Positions 40,428 through 53,987 of a DNA stretch of 64,000 nucleotides are shown here, in pieces. The stretch's first letter is position 1. Every line of letters starts with the position of its first letter. Source of the DNA: the human T2T-CHM13v2.0 reference genome, Homo sapiens; NCBI RefSeq assembly GCF_009914755.1, contig NC_060940.1; one strand, given 5' to 3'. Both the position numbers and the translations under genes were made by a program. The notes below the pieces were generated by a model. It saw only the letters and a list, made by a program, of their open reading frames with translations. It had not been told where the DNA came from and did not search any database.

Positions 40428-43400
40428 GGGATGTGTGCGTTCAACTCACAGAGTTTAACTTTTCTTTTCATTCAGCAGTTTGGAAACACTCTGTTTGTAA
40501 CGTCTGCAAGTGGATATCTTGGCCTCTTAGAGGCCTTCGTTGGAAACGGGTTTTTTCATGTAAGGTTAGACAGAGGAATTCCCAGTAACTTCCTTGTGTT
40601 GTGTGCATTCAACTCACAGAGTTGAATGATTCTTTACACAGAGCAGATTTGAGACACTCTTTGGGTGGAATTTGTAAGTGGAGAATTCAGCCGCTTTGAG
40701 GTCAACGGTAGAAAAGGAAATACCTTCGTATAAAAACTAGACAGAATGATTCTCAGAAACTGTTTTGTGATGTGTGCGTTCAACTCACAGAGTTTAACCT
40801 TTCTTTTCAAAGAGCAGTTAGGAAACACTCTGTAAAGTCTGCAAGTGGATATTCAGACCTCTTTGAGGCCTTCGTTGGAAACGGGATTTCTTCATATAAT
40901 GCTAGAGGGAAGAATTCTTAGTAACTTCTTTGTGTTGTGTGTATTCAACTGACAGAGTTGAACCTTCCTTTAGACAGAGCAGATTTGAAAGTCTCTTTTT
41001 GTGGAATTTGCAAGTGGAGATTTCAAGCGCTTTGAGGCCAAAAGCAGAAAAGGAAATATTTTCCTATAAAAACTAGAGAGAATCATTCTCAGAAACTGCT
41101 CTGTGATGTGTGTGTTCAACTCACAGAGTTTAACTTTCTTTTCATTCAGCAGTTTGGAAACACTCTGTTTGGAAAGTCTGCACGTGGATATTTTGACCTC
41201 TTTGAGGCCTTCGTTGGAAACGGGTTTTTTTCATGTAAGGCTAGACAGAAGAAATCTCAGTAACTTCCTTGTGTTGTGTGTATTTAACTGACAGAGTTGA
41301 ACCTTCCTTTAGACAGAGCAGATTCGAAACACTCTTTTTCTGCAATTTGCAAGTGGAGACTTCAAGCGCTTTGAGGCCAAGGCAGAAAAGGAAATATCTT
41401 CGTATAAAAACCCGACAGAATCATTCTCAGAAACTGCTCTGTGATGTGTGCGTTCAACTCACAGAGTTTAACTTTTCTTTTCATTCAGCAGTTTGGAAAC
41501 ACTCTGTTTGTAAAGTCTGCAAGTGGATATCTTGGCCTCTTAGAGGCCTTCGTTGGAAACGCGTTTTTTCATGTAAGGTTAGACAGAGGAATTCCCAGTA
41601 ACTTCCTTGTGTTGTGTGCATTCAACTCACAGAGTTGAATGATTCTTTACACAGAGCAGATTTGAGACACACTTTTGGTGGAATTTGTAAGTGGAGAATT
41701 CAGCCGCTTTGAGGTCAACGGTAGAAAAGGAAATATCTTCGTATAAAAACTAGAAAGAATGATTCTCAGAAACTGTTTTGTGATGTGTGCGTTCAACTCA
41801 CAGAGTTTAACCTTTCTTTTCAAAGAGCAGTTAGGAAACACTCTGTTTGTAAAGTCTGCAAGTGGATATTCAGACCTCTTTGAAGCCTTCGTTGGAAACG
41901 GGATTTCATCATATTATGCTAGACAGATGAATTCTCAGTAACTTCCTTGTGTTGTGTGTATTCAACTCACAGAGTTGAACGATCCTTTACACAGAGCAGA
42001 TTTGAAACACTTTTTCTGGAATTTGCAAGTGGAGATTTCAGCCGCTTTGAGGTCAATGGTAGAAAAGGAAATATCTTCGTATAAAAACTGGACAGAATGA
42101 TTCTCAGAAACTCCTTTGTGATGTGTGCGTTCAACTCACAGAGTTTAACCTTTCTTTTCACAGAGCAGTTAGGAAACACTCTGTTTGTGAAGCCTGCCAG
42201 TGGATATTCGGACCTCTTTGAGGCCTTCGTTGGAAACGGGATTTCTTCATATTTTGCCAGACAGAAGATTTCTCAGTAACTTCTTTGTGTTGTGTGTATG
42301 CAACTCACAGAGTTCAACCTTCCTTTAGACAGAGCAGATTTGAAACACTCTTTTTGTGGAATTTGCAAGTGGAAATTTCAAGCGCATCGATGCCAATGGT
42401 AGAAAAGGAAATATCTTCGTATAAAAACAAGACAAACTCGTTCCCAGACACTGCGTAGTGATGTGTGTGTTTAACTCACAGAGTTTAACCTTTCTTTTCA
42501 TACAGCATTCTGGAAACCCTCTGTTTGTAAAGTCTGCAAGTGGATATTTGGACCTCTTAGATGCCTTCGTTGGAAACGGGATTTCCTCATATAATGCTAG
42601 AGGGAAGAATTCTTAGTAACTTCTTTGTGTTGTGTGTATTCAACTGACAGAGTTGAACCTTCCTTTAGACAGAGCAGATTTGAAAGTCTCTTTTTGTGGA
42701 ATTTGCAAGTGGAGATTTCAAGCGCTTTGAGGCCAAAAGCAGAAAAGGAAATATTTTCCTATAAAAACTAGACAGAATCTTTCTCAGAAACTGCTCTGGG
42801 ATGTGTGCGTTCAACTCACAGAGTTTAACTTTTCTTTTCATTCAGCAGTTTGGAAACACTCTGTTTGGAAAGTCTGCACGTGGATATTTTGACCTCTTTG
42901 AGGCCTTCGTTGGAAACGGGTGTTTTTCATGTAAGGCTAGACAGAAGAAATCTCAGTAACTTCCTTGTGTTGTGTGTATTCAACTGACAGAGTTGAACCT
43001 TCCTTTAGACAGAGCAGATTCGAAACACTCTTTTTCTGCAATTTGCAAGTGGAGACTTCAAGCGCTTTGAGGCCAAAGGCAGAAAAGGATATATCTTCGT
43101 ATAAAAACCCGACAGAATCATTCTCAGAAACTGCTCTGTGATGTGTGCGTTCAACTCACAGAGTTTAACTTTTCTTTTCATTCAGCAGTTTGGAAACACT
43201 CTGTTTGTAAAGTCTGCAAGTGGATATCTTGGCCTCTTAGAGGCCTTCGTTGGAAACGGGTTTTTTCATGTAAGGTTAGACAGAGGAATTCCCAGTAACT
43301 TCCTTGTGTTGTGTGCATTCAACTCACAGAGTTGAATGATTCTTTACACAGAGCAGATTTGAGACACTCTTTGGGTGGAATTTGTAAGTGGAGAATTCAG

Positions 43401-46400
43401 CCGCTTTGAGGTCAACGGTAGAAAAGGAAATACCTTCGTATAAAAACTAGACAGAATGATTCTCAGAAACTGTTTTGTGATGTGTGCGTTCAACTCACAG
43501 AGTTTAACCTTTCTTTTCAAAGAGCAGTTAGGAAACACTCTGTAAAGTCTGCAAGTGGATATTCAGACCTCTTTGAGGCCTTCGTTGGAAACGGGATTTC
43601 TTCATATAATGCTAGAGGGAAGAATTCTTAGTAACTTCTTTGTGTTGTGTGTATTCAACTGACAGAGTTGAACCTTCCTTTAGACAGAGCAGATTTGAAA
43701 GTCTCTTTTTGTGGAATTTGCAAGTGGAGATTTCAAGCGCTTTGAGGCCAAAAGCAGAAAAGGAAATATTTTCCTATAAAAACTAGAGAGAATCATTCTC
43801 AGAAACTGCTCTGTGATGTGTGTGTTCAACTCACAGAGTTTAACTTTCTTTTCATTCAGCAGTTTGGAAACACTCTGTTTGGAAAGTCTGCACGTGGATA
43901 TTTTGACCTCTTTGAGGCCTTCGTTGGAAACGGGTTTTTTTCATGTAAGGCTAGACAGAAGAAATCTCAGTAACTTCCTTGTGTTGTGTGTATTTAACTG
44001 ACAGAGTTGAACCTTCCTTTAGACAGAGCAGATTCGAAACGCTCTTTTTCTGCAATTTGCAAGTGGAGACTTCAAGCGCTTTGAGGCCAAGGCAGAAAAG
44101 GAAATATCTTCGTATAAAAACCCGACAGAATCATTCTCAGAAACTGCTCTGTGATGTGTGCGTTCAACTCACAGAGTTTAACTTTTCTTTTCATTCAGCA
44201 GTTTGGAAACACTCTGTTTGTAAAGTCTGCAAGTGGATATCTTGGCCTCTTAGAGGCCTTCGTTGGAAACGCGTTTTTTCATGTAAGGTTAGACAGAGGA
44301 ATTCCCAGTAACTTCCTTGTGTTGTGTGCATTCAACTCACAGAGTTGAATGATTCTTTACACAGAGCAGATTTGAGACACACTTTTGGTGGAATTTGTAA
44401 GTGGAGAATTCAGCCGCTTTGAGGTCAACGGTAGAAAAGGAAATATCTTCGTATAAAAACTAGAAAGAATGATTCTCAGAAACTGTTTTGTGATGTGTGC
44501 GTTCAACTCACAGAGTTTAACCTTTCTTTTCAAAGAGCAGTTAGGAAACACTCTGTTTGTAAAGTCTGCAAGTGGATATTCAGACCTCTTTGAAGCCTTC
44601 GTTGGAAACGGGATTTCATCATATTATGCTAGACAGATGAATTCTCAGTAACTTCCTTGTGTTGTGTGTATTCAACTCACAGAGTTGAACGATCCTTTAC
44701 ACAGAGCAGATTTGAAACACTTTTTCTGGAATTTGCAAGTGGAGATTTCAGCCGCTTTGAGGTCAATGGTAGAAAAGGAAATATCTTCGTATAAAAACTG
44801 GACAGAATGATTCTCAGAAACTCCTTTGTGATGTGTGCGTTCAACTCACAGAGTTTAACCTTTCTTTTCACAGAGCAGTTAGGAAACACTCTGTTTGTGA
44901 AGCCTGCCAGTGGATATTCGGACCTCTTTGAGGCCTTCGTTGGAAACGGGATTTCTTCATATTTTGCTAGACAGAAGATTTCTCAGTAACTTCTTTGTGT
45001 TGTGTGTATGCAACTCACAGAGTTCAACCTTCCTTTAGACAGAGCAGATTTGAAACACTCTTTTTGTGGAATTTGCAAGTGGAAATTTCAAGCGCATCGA
45101 TGCCAATGGTAGAAAAGGAAATATCTTCATATAAAAACAAGACAAACTCGTTCCCAGACACTGCGTAGTGATGTGTGTGTTTAACTCACAGAGTTTAACC
45201 TTTCTTTTCATACAGCATTCTGGAAACCCTCTGTTTGTAAAGTCTGCAAGTGGATATTTGGACCTCTTAGATGCCTTCGTTGGAAACGGGATTTCCTCAT
45301 ATAATGCTAGAGGGAAGAATTCTTAGTAACTTCTTTGTGTTGTGTGTATTCAACTGACAGAGTTGAACCTTCCTTTAGACAGAGCAGATTTGAAAGTCTC
45401 TTTTTGTGGAATTTGCAAGTGGAGATTTCAAGCGCTTTGAGGCCAAAAGCAGAAAAGGAAATATTTTCCTATAAAAACTAGACAGAATCTTTCTCAGAAA
45501 CTGCTCTGGGATGTGTGCGTTCAACTCACAGAGTTTAACTTTTCTTTTCATTCAGCAGTTTGGAAACACTCTGTTTGGAAAGTCTGCACGTGGATATTTT
45601 GACCTCTTTGAGGCCCTTCGTTGGAAACGGGTGTTTTTCATGTAAGGCTAGACAGAAGAAATCTCAGTAACTTCCTTGTGTTGTGTGTATTCAACTGACA
45701 GAGTTGAACCTTCCTTTAGACAGAGCAGATTCGAAACACTCTTTTTCTGCAATTTGCAAGTGGAGACTTCAAGCGCTTTGAGGCCAAAGGCAGAAAAGGA
45801 TATATCTTCGTATAAAAACCCGACAGAATCATTCTCAGAAACTGCTCTGTGATGTGTGCGTTCAACTCACAGAGTTTAACTTTTCTTTTCATTCAGCAGT
45901 TTGGAAACACTCTGTTTGTAAAGTCTGCAAGTGGATATCTTGGCCTCTTAGAGGCCTTCGTTGGAAACGGGTTTTTTCATGTAAGGTTAGACAGAGGAAT
46001 TCCCAGTAACTTCCTTGTGTTGTGTGCATTCAACTCACAGAGGTGAATGATTCTTTACACAGAGCAGATTTGAGACACTCTTTGGGTGGAATTTGTAAGT
46101 GGAGAATTCAGCCGCTTTGAGGTCAACGGTAGAAAAGGAAATATCTTCGTATAAAAACTAGACAGAATGATTCTCAGAAACTGTTTTGTGATGTGTGCGT
46201 TCAACTCACAGAGTTTAACCTTTCTTTTCAAAGAGCAGTTAGGAAACACTCTGTAAAGTCTGCAAGTGGATATTCAGACCTCTTTGAGGCCTTCGTTGGA
46301 AACGGGATTTCTTCATATAATGCTAGAGGGAAGAATTCTTAGTAACTTCTTTGTGTTGTGTGTATTCAACTGACAGAGTTGAACCTTCCTTTAGACAGAG

Positions 46401-49400
46401 CAGATTTGAAGTCTCTTTTTGTGGAATTTGCAAGTGGGAGATTTCAAGCGCTTTTGAGGCCAAAAGCAGAAAAGGAAATATTTTCTTATAAAAACTAGAG
46501 AGAATCATTCTCAGAAACTGCTCTGTGATGTGTGTGTTCAACTCACAGAGTTTAACTTTCTTTTCATTCAGCAGTTTGGAAACACTCTGTTTGGAAAGTC
46601 TGCACGTGGATATTTTGACCTCTTTGAGGCCTTCGTTGGAAACGGGTTTTTTTCATGTAAGGCTAGACAGAAGAAATCTCAGTAACTTCCTTGTGTTGTG
46701 TGTATTCAACTGACAGAGTTGAACCTTCCTTTAGACAGAGCAGATTCGAAACGCTCTTTTTCTGCAATTTGCAAGTGGAGACTTCAAGCGCTTTGAGGCC
46801 AAAGGCAGAAAAGGAAATATCTTCGTATAAAAACCCGACAGAATCATTCTCAGAAACTGCTCTGTGATGTGTGCGTTCAACTCACAGAGTTTAACTTTTC
46901 TTTTCATTCAGCAGTTTGGAAACACTCTGTTTGTAAAGTCTGCAAGTGGATATCTTGGCCTCTTAGAGGCCTTCGTTGGAAACGCGTTTTTTCATGTAAG
47001 GTTAGACAGAGGAATTCCCAGTAACTTCCTTGTGTTGTGTGCATTCAACTCACAGAGTTGAATGATTCTTTACACAGAGCAGATTTGAGACACACTTTTG
47101 GTGGAATTTGTAAGTGGAGAATTCAGCCGCTTTGAGGTCAACGGTAGAAAAGGAAATATCTTCGTATAAAAACTAGAAAGAATGATTCTCAGAAACTGTT
47201 TTGTGATGTGTGCGTTCAACTCACAGAGTTTAACCTTTCTTTTCAAAGAGCAGTTAGGAAACACTCTGTTTGTAAAGTCTGCAAGTGGATATTCAGACCT
47301 CTTTGAAGCCTTCGTTGGAAACGGGATTTCATCATATTATGCTAGACAGATGAATTCTCAGTAACTTCCTTGTGGTTGTGTGTATTCAACTCACAGAGTT
47401 GAACGATCCTTTACACAGAGCAGATTTGAAACACTGTTTTTCTGGAATTTGCAAGTGGAGATTTCAGCCGCTTTGAGGTCAATGGTAGAAAAGGAAATAT
47501 CTTCGTATAAAAACTGGACAGAATGATTCTCAGAAACTCCTTTGTGATGTGTGCGTTCAACTCACAGAGTTTAACCTTTCTTTTCACAGAGCAGTTAGGA
47601 AACACTCTGTTTGTGAAGCCTGCCAGTGGATATTCGGACCTCTTTGAGGCCTCGTTGGAAACGGGATTTCTTCATATTTTGCTAGACAGAAGATTTCTCA
47701 GTAACTTCTTGTGTTGTGTGTATGCAACTCACAGAGTTCAACCTTCCTTTAGACAGAGCAGATTTGAAACACTCTTTTTGTGGAATTTGCAAGTGGAAAT
47801 TTCAAGCGCATCGATGCCAATGGTAGAAAAGGAAATTTCTTCGTATAAAAAACAAGACAAACTCGTTCCCAGACACTGCGTAGTGATGTGTGTGTTTAAC
47901 TCACAGAGTTTAACCTTTCTTTTCATACAGCATTCTGGAAACCCTCTGTTTGTAAAGTCTGCAAGTGGATATTTGGACTCTTAGATGCCTTCGTTGGAAA
48001 CGGGATTTCTTCATATAATGCTAGAGGGAAGAATTCTTAGTAACTTCTTTGTGTTGTGTGTATTCAACTGACAGAGTTGAACCTTCCTTTAGACAGAGCA
48101 GATTTGAAAGTCTCTTTTTGTGGAATTTGCAAGTGGAGATTTCAAGCGCTTTGAGGCCAAAAGCAGAAAAGGAAATATTTTCCTATAAAAACTCGACAGA
48201 ATCTTTCTCAGAAACTGCTCTGGGATGTGTGCGTTCAACTCACAGAGTTTAACTTTTCTTTCCATTCAGCAGTTTGGAAACACTCTGTTTGGAAAGTCTG
48301 CACGTGGATATTTTGACCTCTTTGAGGCCTTCGTTGGAAACGGGTTTTTTTCATGTAAGGCTAGACAGAAGAAATCTCAGTAACTTCCTTGTGTTGTGTG
48401 TATTCAACTGACAGAGTTGAACCTTCCTTTAGACAGAGCAGATTCGAAACACTCTTTTTCTGCAATTTGCAAGTGGAGACTTCAAGCGCTTTGAGGTCAA
48501 AGGCAGAAAAGGAAATATCTTCGTATAAAAACCCGACAGAATCATTCTCAGAAACTGCTCTGTGATGTGTGCGTTCAACTCACAGAGTTTAACTTTTCTT
48601 TTCATTCAGCAGTTTGGAAACACTCTGTTTGTAAAGTCTGCAAGTGGATATCTTGGCCTCTTAGAGGCCTTCGTTGGAAACGGGTTTTTTCATGTAAGGT
48701 TAGACAGAGGAATTCCCAGTAACTTCCTTGTGTTGTGTGCATTCAACTCACAGAGTTGAATGATTCTTTACACAGAGCAGATTTGAGACACTCTTTGGGT
48801 GGAATTTGTAAGTGGAGAATTCAGCCGCTTTGAGGTCAACGGTAGAAAAGGAAATATCTTCGTATAAAAACTAGACAGAATGATTCTCAGAAACTGTTTT
48901 GTGATGTGTGCGTTCAACTCACAGAGTTTAACCTTTCTTTTCAAAGAGCAGTTAGGAAACACTCTGTAAAGTCTGCAAGTGGATATTCAGACCTCTTTGA
49001 GGCCTTCGTTGGAAACGGGATTTCTTCATATAATGCTAGAGGGAAGAATTCTTAGTAACTTCTTTGTGTTGTGTGTATTCAACTGACAGAGTTGAACCTT
49101 CCTTTAGACAGAGCAGATTTGAAAGTCTCTTTTTGTGGAATTTGCAAGTGGAGATTTCAAGCGCTTTGAGGCCAAAAGCAGAAAAGGAAATATTTTCCTA
49201 TAAAAACTAGAGAGAATCATTCTCAGAAACTGCTCTGTGATGTGTGTGTTCAACTCACAGAGTTTAACTTTCTTTTCATTCAGCAGTTTGGAAACACTCT
49301 GTTGGAAAGTCTGCACGTGGATATTTTGACCTCTTTGAGGCCTTCGTTGGAAACGGGTTTTTTTCATGTAAGGCTAGACAGAAGAAATCTCAGTAACTTC

Positions 49401-51274
49401 CTTGTGTTGTGTGTATTCTAACTGACAGAGTTGAACCTTCCTTTAGACAGAGCAGATTCGAAACGCTCTTTTTCTGCAATTTGCAAGTGGAGACTTCAAG
49501 CGCTTTGAGGCCAAAGGCAGAAAAGGAAATATCTTCGTATAAAAACCCGACAGAATCATTCTCAGAAACTGCTCTGTGATGTGTGCGTTCAACTCACAGA
49601 GTTTAACTTTTCTTTTCATTCAGCAGTTTGGAAACACTCTGTTTGTAAAGTCTGCAAGTGGATATCTTGGCCTCTTAGAGGCCTTCGTTGGAAACGCGTT
49701 TTTTCATGTAAGGTTAGACAGAGGAATTCCCAGTAACTTCCTTGTGTTGTGTGCATTCAACTCACAGAGTTGAATGATTCTTTACACAGAGCAGATTTGA
49801 GACACACTTTTGGTGGAATTTGTAAGTGGAGAATTCAGCCGCTTTGAGGTCAACGGTAGAAAAGGAAATATCTTCGTATAAAAACTAGAAAGAATGATTC
49901 TCAGAAACTGTTTTGTGATGTGTGCGTTCAACTCACAGAGTTTAACCTTTCTTTTCAAAGAGCAGTTAGGAAACACTCTGTTTGTAAAGTCTGCAAGTGG
50001 ATATTCAGACCTCTTTGAAGCCTTCGTTGGAAACGGGATTTCATCATATTATGCTAGACAGATGAATTCTCAGTAACTTCCTTGTGTTGTGTGTATTCAA
50101 CTCACAGAGTTGAACGATCCTTAACACAGAGCAGATTTGAAACACTGTTTTTCTGGAATTTGCAAGTGGAGATTTCAGCCGCTTTGAGGTCAATGGTAGA
50201 AAAGGAAATATCTTCGTATAAAAACTGGACAGAATGATTCTCAGAAACTCCTTTGTGATGTGTGCGTTCAACTCACAGAGTTTAACCTTTCTTTTCACAG
50301 AGCAGTTAGGAAACACTCTGTTTGTGAAGCCTGCCAGTGGATATTCGGACCTCTTTGAGGCCTTCGTTGGAAACGGGATTTCTTCATATTTTGCTAGACA
50401 GAAGATTTCTCAGTAACTTCTTTGTGTTGTGTGTATGCAACTCACAGAGTTCAACCTTCCTTTAGACAGAGCAGATTTGAAACACTCTTTTGTGGAATTT
50501 GCAAGTGGAAATTTCAAGCACATCGATGCCAATGGTAGAAAAGGAAATATCTTCGTATAAAAACAAGACAAACTCGTTCCCAGACACTGCGTAGTGATGT
50601 GTGTGTTTAACTCACAGAGTTTAACCTTTCTTTTCATACAGCATTCTGGAAACCCTCTGTTTGTAAAGTCTGCAAGTGGATATTTGGACCTCTTAGATGC
50701 CTTCGTTGGAAACGGGATTTCTTCATATAATGGTAGAGGGGAAGAATTCTTAGTAACTTCTTTGTGTTGTGTGTATTCAACTGACAGAGTTGAACCTTCC
50801 TTTAGACAGAGCAGATTTGAAAGTCTCTTTCTGTGGAATTTGCAAGTGGAGATTTCAAGCGCTTTGAGGCCAAAAGCAGAAAAGGAAATATTTTCCTATA
50901 AAAACTCGACAGAATCTTTCTCAGAAACTGCTCTGGGATGTGTGCGTTCAACTCACAGAGTTTAACTTTTCTTTTCATTCAGCAGTTTGGAAACACTCTG
51001 TTTGGAAAGTCTGCACGTGGATATTTTGACCTCTTTGAGGCCTTCGTTGGAAATGGGTTTTTTTCATGTAAGGCTAGACAGAAGAAATCTCAGTAACTTC
51101 CTTGTGTTGTGTGTATTCAACTGACAGAGTTGAACCTTCCTTTAGACAGAGCAGATTCGAAACACTCTTTTTCTGCAATTTGCAAGTGGAGACTTCAAGC
51201 GCTTTGAGGCCAAAGGCAGAAAAGGAAATATCTTCGTATAAAAACCCGACAGAATCATTCTCAGAAACTGCTCT
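40428..51274 (+). repeat. Four tandem 6-mer+10-mer (16-mer, ~2.71 kb) super-units
   Basis: Anchor spacings are 1013/1697, 1013/1698, 1015/1698 and 1014/1699. Confidence 0.9.
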
Positions 51275-53987
51275 GTGATGTGTGCGTTCAACTCACAGAG
51301 TTTAACTTTTCTTCTCATTCAGCAGTTTGGAAACACTCTGTTTGTAAAGTCTGCAAGTGGATATCTTGGCCTCTTAGAGGCCTTCGTTGGAAACGGGTTT
51401 TTTCATGTAAGGATAGACAGAGGAATTCCAGTAACTTCCTTGTGTTGTGTGCATTCAACTCACAGAGTTGAATGATTCTTTACACAGAGCAGATTTGAGA
51501 CACTCTTTTGGTGGAATTTGTAAGTGGAGAATTCAGCCGCTTTGAGGTCAACGGTAGAAAAGGAAATATCTTCGTATAAAAACTAGACAGAATGATTCTC
51601 AGAAACTGTTTTGTGATGTGTGCGTTCAGCTCACAGAGTTTAACCTTTCTTTTCAGAGAGCAGTTAGGAAACACTCTGTTTGTAAAGTCTGCAAGTGGAT
51701 ATTCAGACCTCTTTGAGGCCTTCGTTGGAAACGGGATTTCATCATATTATGCTAGACAGATGAATTCTCAGTAACTTCCTTTGTGTTGTGTGTATTCAAC
51801 TCACAGAGTTGAACGATCCTTTACACAGAGCAGATTTGAAACACTGTTTTTCTGGAATTTGCAAGTGGAGATTTCAGCCGATTTGAGGTCAATGGTAGAA
51901 AAGGAAATATCTTCGTATAAAAACTAGACAGAATGATTCTCAGAAACTCCTTTGTGATGTGTGCGTTCAACTCACAGAGTTTAACCTTTCTTTTCACAGA
52001 GCAGTTAGGAAACACTCTGTTTGTGAAGCCTGCCAGTGGATATTCGGACCTCTTTGAGGCCTTCGTTGGAAACGGGATTTCTTCATATTATGCTAGACAG
52101 AAGATTTCTCAGTAACTTCTTTGTGTTGTGTGTATGCAACTCACAGAGTTCAACCTTCCTTTAGACAGAGCAGATTTGAAACACTCTTTTTGTGGAATTT
52201 GCAAGTGGAGATTTCAAGCGCTTCGATGCCAATGGTAGAAAAGGAAATATCTTCGTATAAAAACAAGACAAACTCGTTCCCAGACACTGCGTAGTGATGT
52301 GTGTGTTTAACTGACAGAGTTTAACCTTTCTTTTCATACAGCATTCTGGAAACCCTGTGTTTGTAAAGTCTGCAAGTGGATATTTGGACCTCTTAGATGC
52401 CTTCGTTGGAAACGGGATTTCTTCATATAATGCTAGAGGGAAGAATTCTTAGTAACTTCTTTGTGTTGTGTGTATTCAACTGACAGAGTTGAACCTTCCT
52501 TTAGACAGAGCAGATTTGAAAGTCTCTTTTTGTGGAATTTGCAAGTGGAGATTTCAAGCGCTTTGAGGCCAAAAGCAGAAAAGGAAATATTTTCCTATAA
52601 AAACTCGACAGAATCTTTCTCAGAAACTGCTCTGGGATGTGTGCGTTCAGCTCACAGAGTTTAACTTTTCTTTCCATTCAGCAGTTTGGAAACACTCTGT
52701 TTGGAAAGTCTGCACGTGGATATTTTGACCTCTTTGAGCCTTCGTTGGAAACGGGTTTTTTTCATGTAAGGCTAGACAGAAGAAATCTCAGTAACTTCCT
52801 TGTGTTGTGTGTATTCAACTGACAGAGTTGAACCTTCCTTTAGACAGAGCAGATTCGAAACACTCTTTTTCTGCAATTTGCAAGTGGAGACTTCAAGCGC
52901 TTTGAGGCCAAAGGCAGAAAAGGAAATATCTTCGTATAAAAACCCGACAGAATCATTCTCAGAAACTGCTCTGTGATGTGTGCGTTCAACTCACAGAGTT
53001 TAACTTTTCTTTTCATTCAGCAGTTTGGAAACACTCTGTTTGTAAAGTCTGCAAGTGGATATCTTGGCCTCTTAGAGGCCTTCGTTGGAAACGGGTTTTT
53101 TTCATGTAAGGATAGACAGAGGAATTCCCAGTAACTTCCTTGTGTTGTGTGCATTCAACTCACAGAGTTGAATGATTCTTTACACAGAGCAGATTTGAGA
53201 CACCCTTTGGGTGGATTTGTAAGTGGAGAATTCAGCCGCTTTGAGGTCAACGGTAGAAAAGGAAATATCTTCGTATAAAAACTAGACAGAATGATTCTCA
53301 GAAACTGTTTTGTGATGTGTGCGTTTCAACTCACAGAGTTTAACCTTTCTTTTCAAAGAGCAGTTAGGAAACACTCTGTAAAGTCTGCAAGTGGATATTC
53401 AGACCTCTTTGAGGCCTTCGTTGGAAACGGGATTTCTTCATATAATGCTAGAGGGAAGAATTCTTAGTAACTTCTTTGTGTTGTGTGTATTCAACTGACA
53501 GAGTTGAACCTTCCTTTAGACAGAGCAGATTTGAAAGTCTCTTTTTGTGGAATTTGCAAGTGGAGATTTCAAGCGCTTTGAGGCCAAAAGCAGAAAAGGA
53601 AGTATTTTCCTATAAAAACTAGAGAGAATCATTCTCAGAAACTGCTCTGGGATGTGTGTGTTCAACTCACAGAGTTTAACTTTCTTTTCATTCAGCAGTT
53701 TGGAAACACTCTGTTTGGAAACTCTGCACGTGGATATTTTGACCTCTTTGAGGCCTTCGTTGGAAACGGGTTTTTTTCATGTAAGGCTAGACAGAAGAAA
53801 TCTCAGTAACTTCCTTGTGTTGTGTGTATTCAACTGACAGAGTTGAACCTTCCTTTAGACAGAGCAGATTCGAAACACTCTTTTTCTGCAATTTGCAAGT
53901 GGAGACTTCAAGCGCTTTGAGGCCAAAGGCAGAAAAGGAAATATCTTCGTATAAAAACCCGACAGAATCATTCTCAGAAACTGCTCT
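51275..53987 (+). repeat. 10-mer HOR (1698 bp) followed by a 6-mer variant (52973-53987, 1015 bp)
   Basis: Anchors at 51275, 52973 (read from the sequence) and 53988. Confidence 0.87.

Noticed and set aside
40429-40429. CTCTGGG in the anchor monomer, the allele of the preceding dimer
   Set aside because: A single base cannot distinguish micro-conversion from point mutation or error.
47523-47984. Longest ORF (153 aa), and similar 110-123 aa ORFs at 21244, 41269, 43979, 50594 and 62307
   Set aside because: They arise from 1-bp indels that fuse satellite reading frames, several of them in the suspected error-rich zone.
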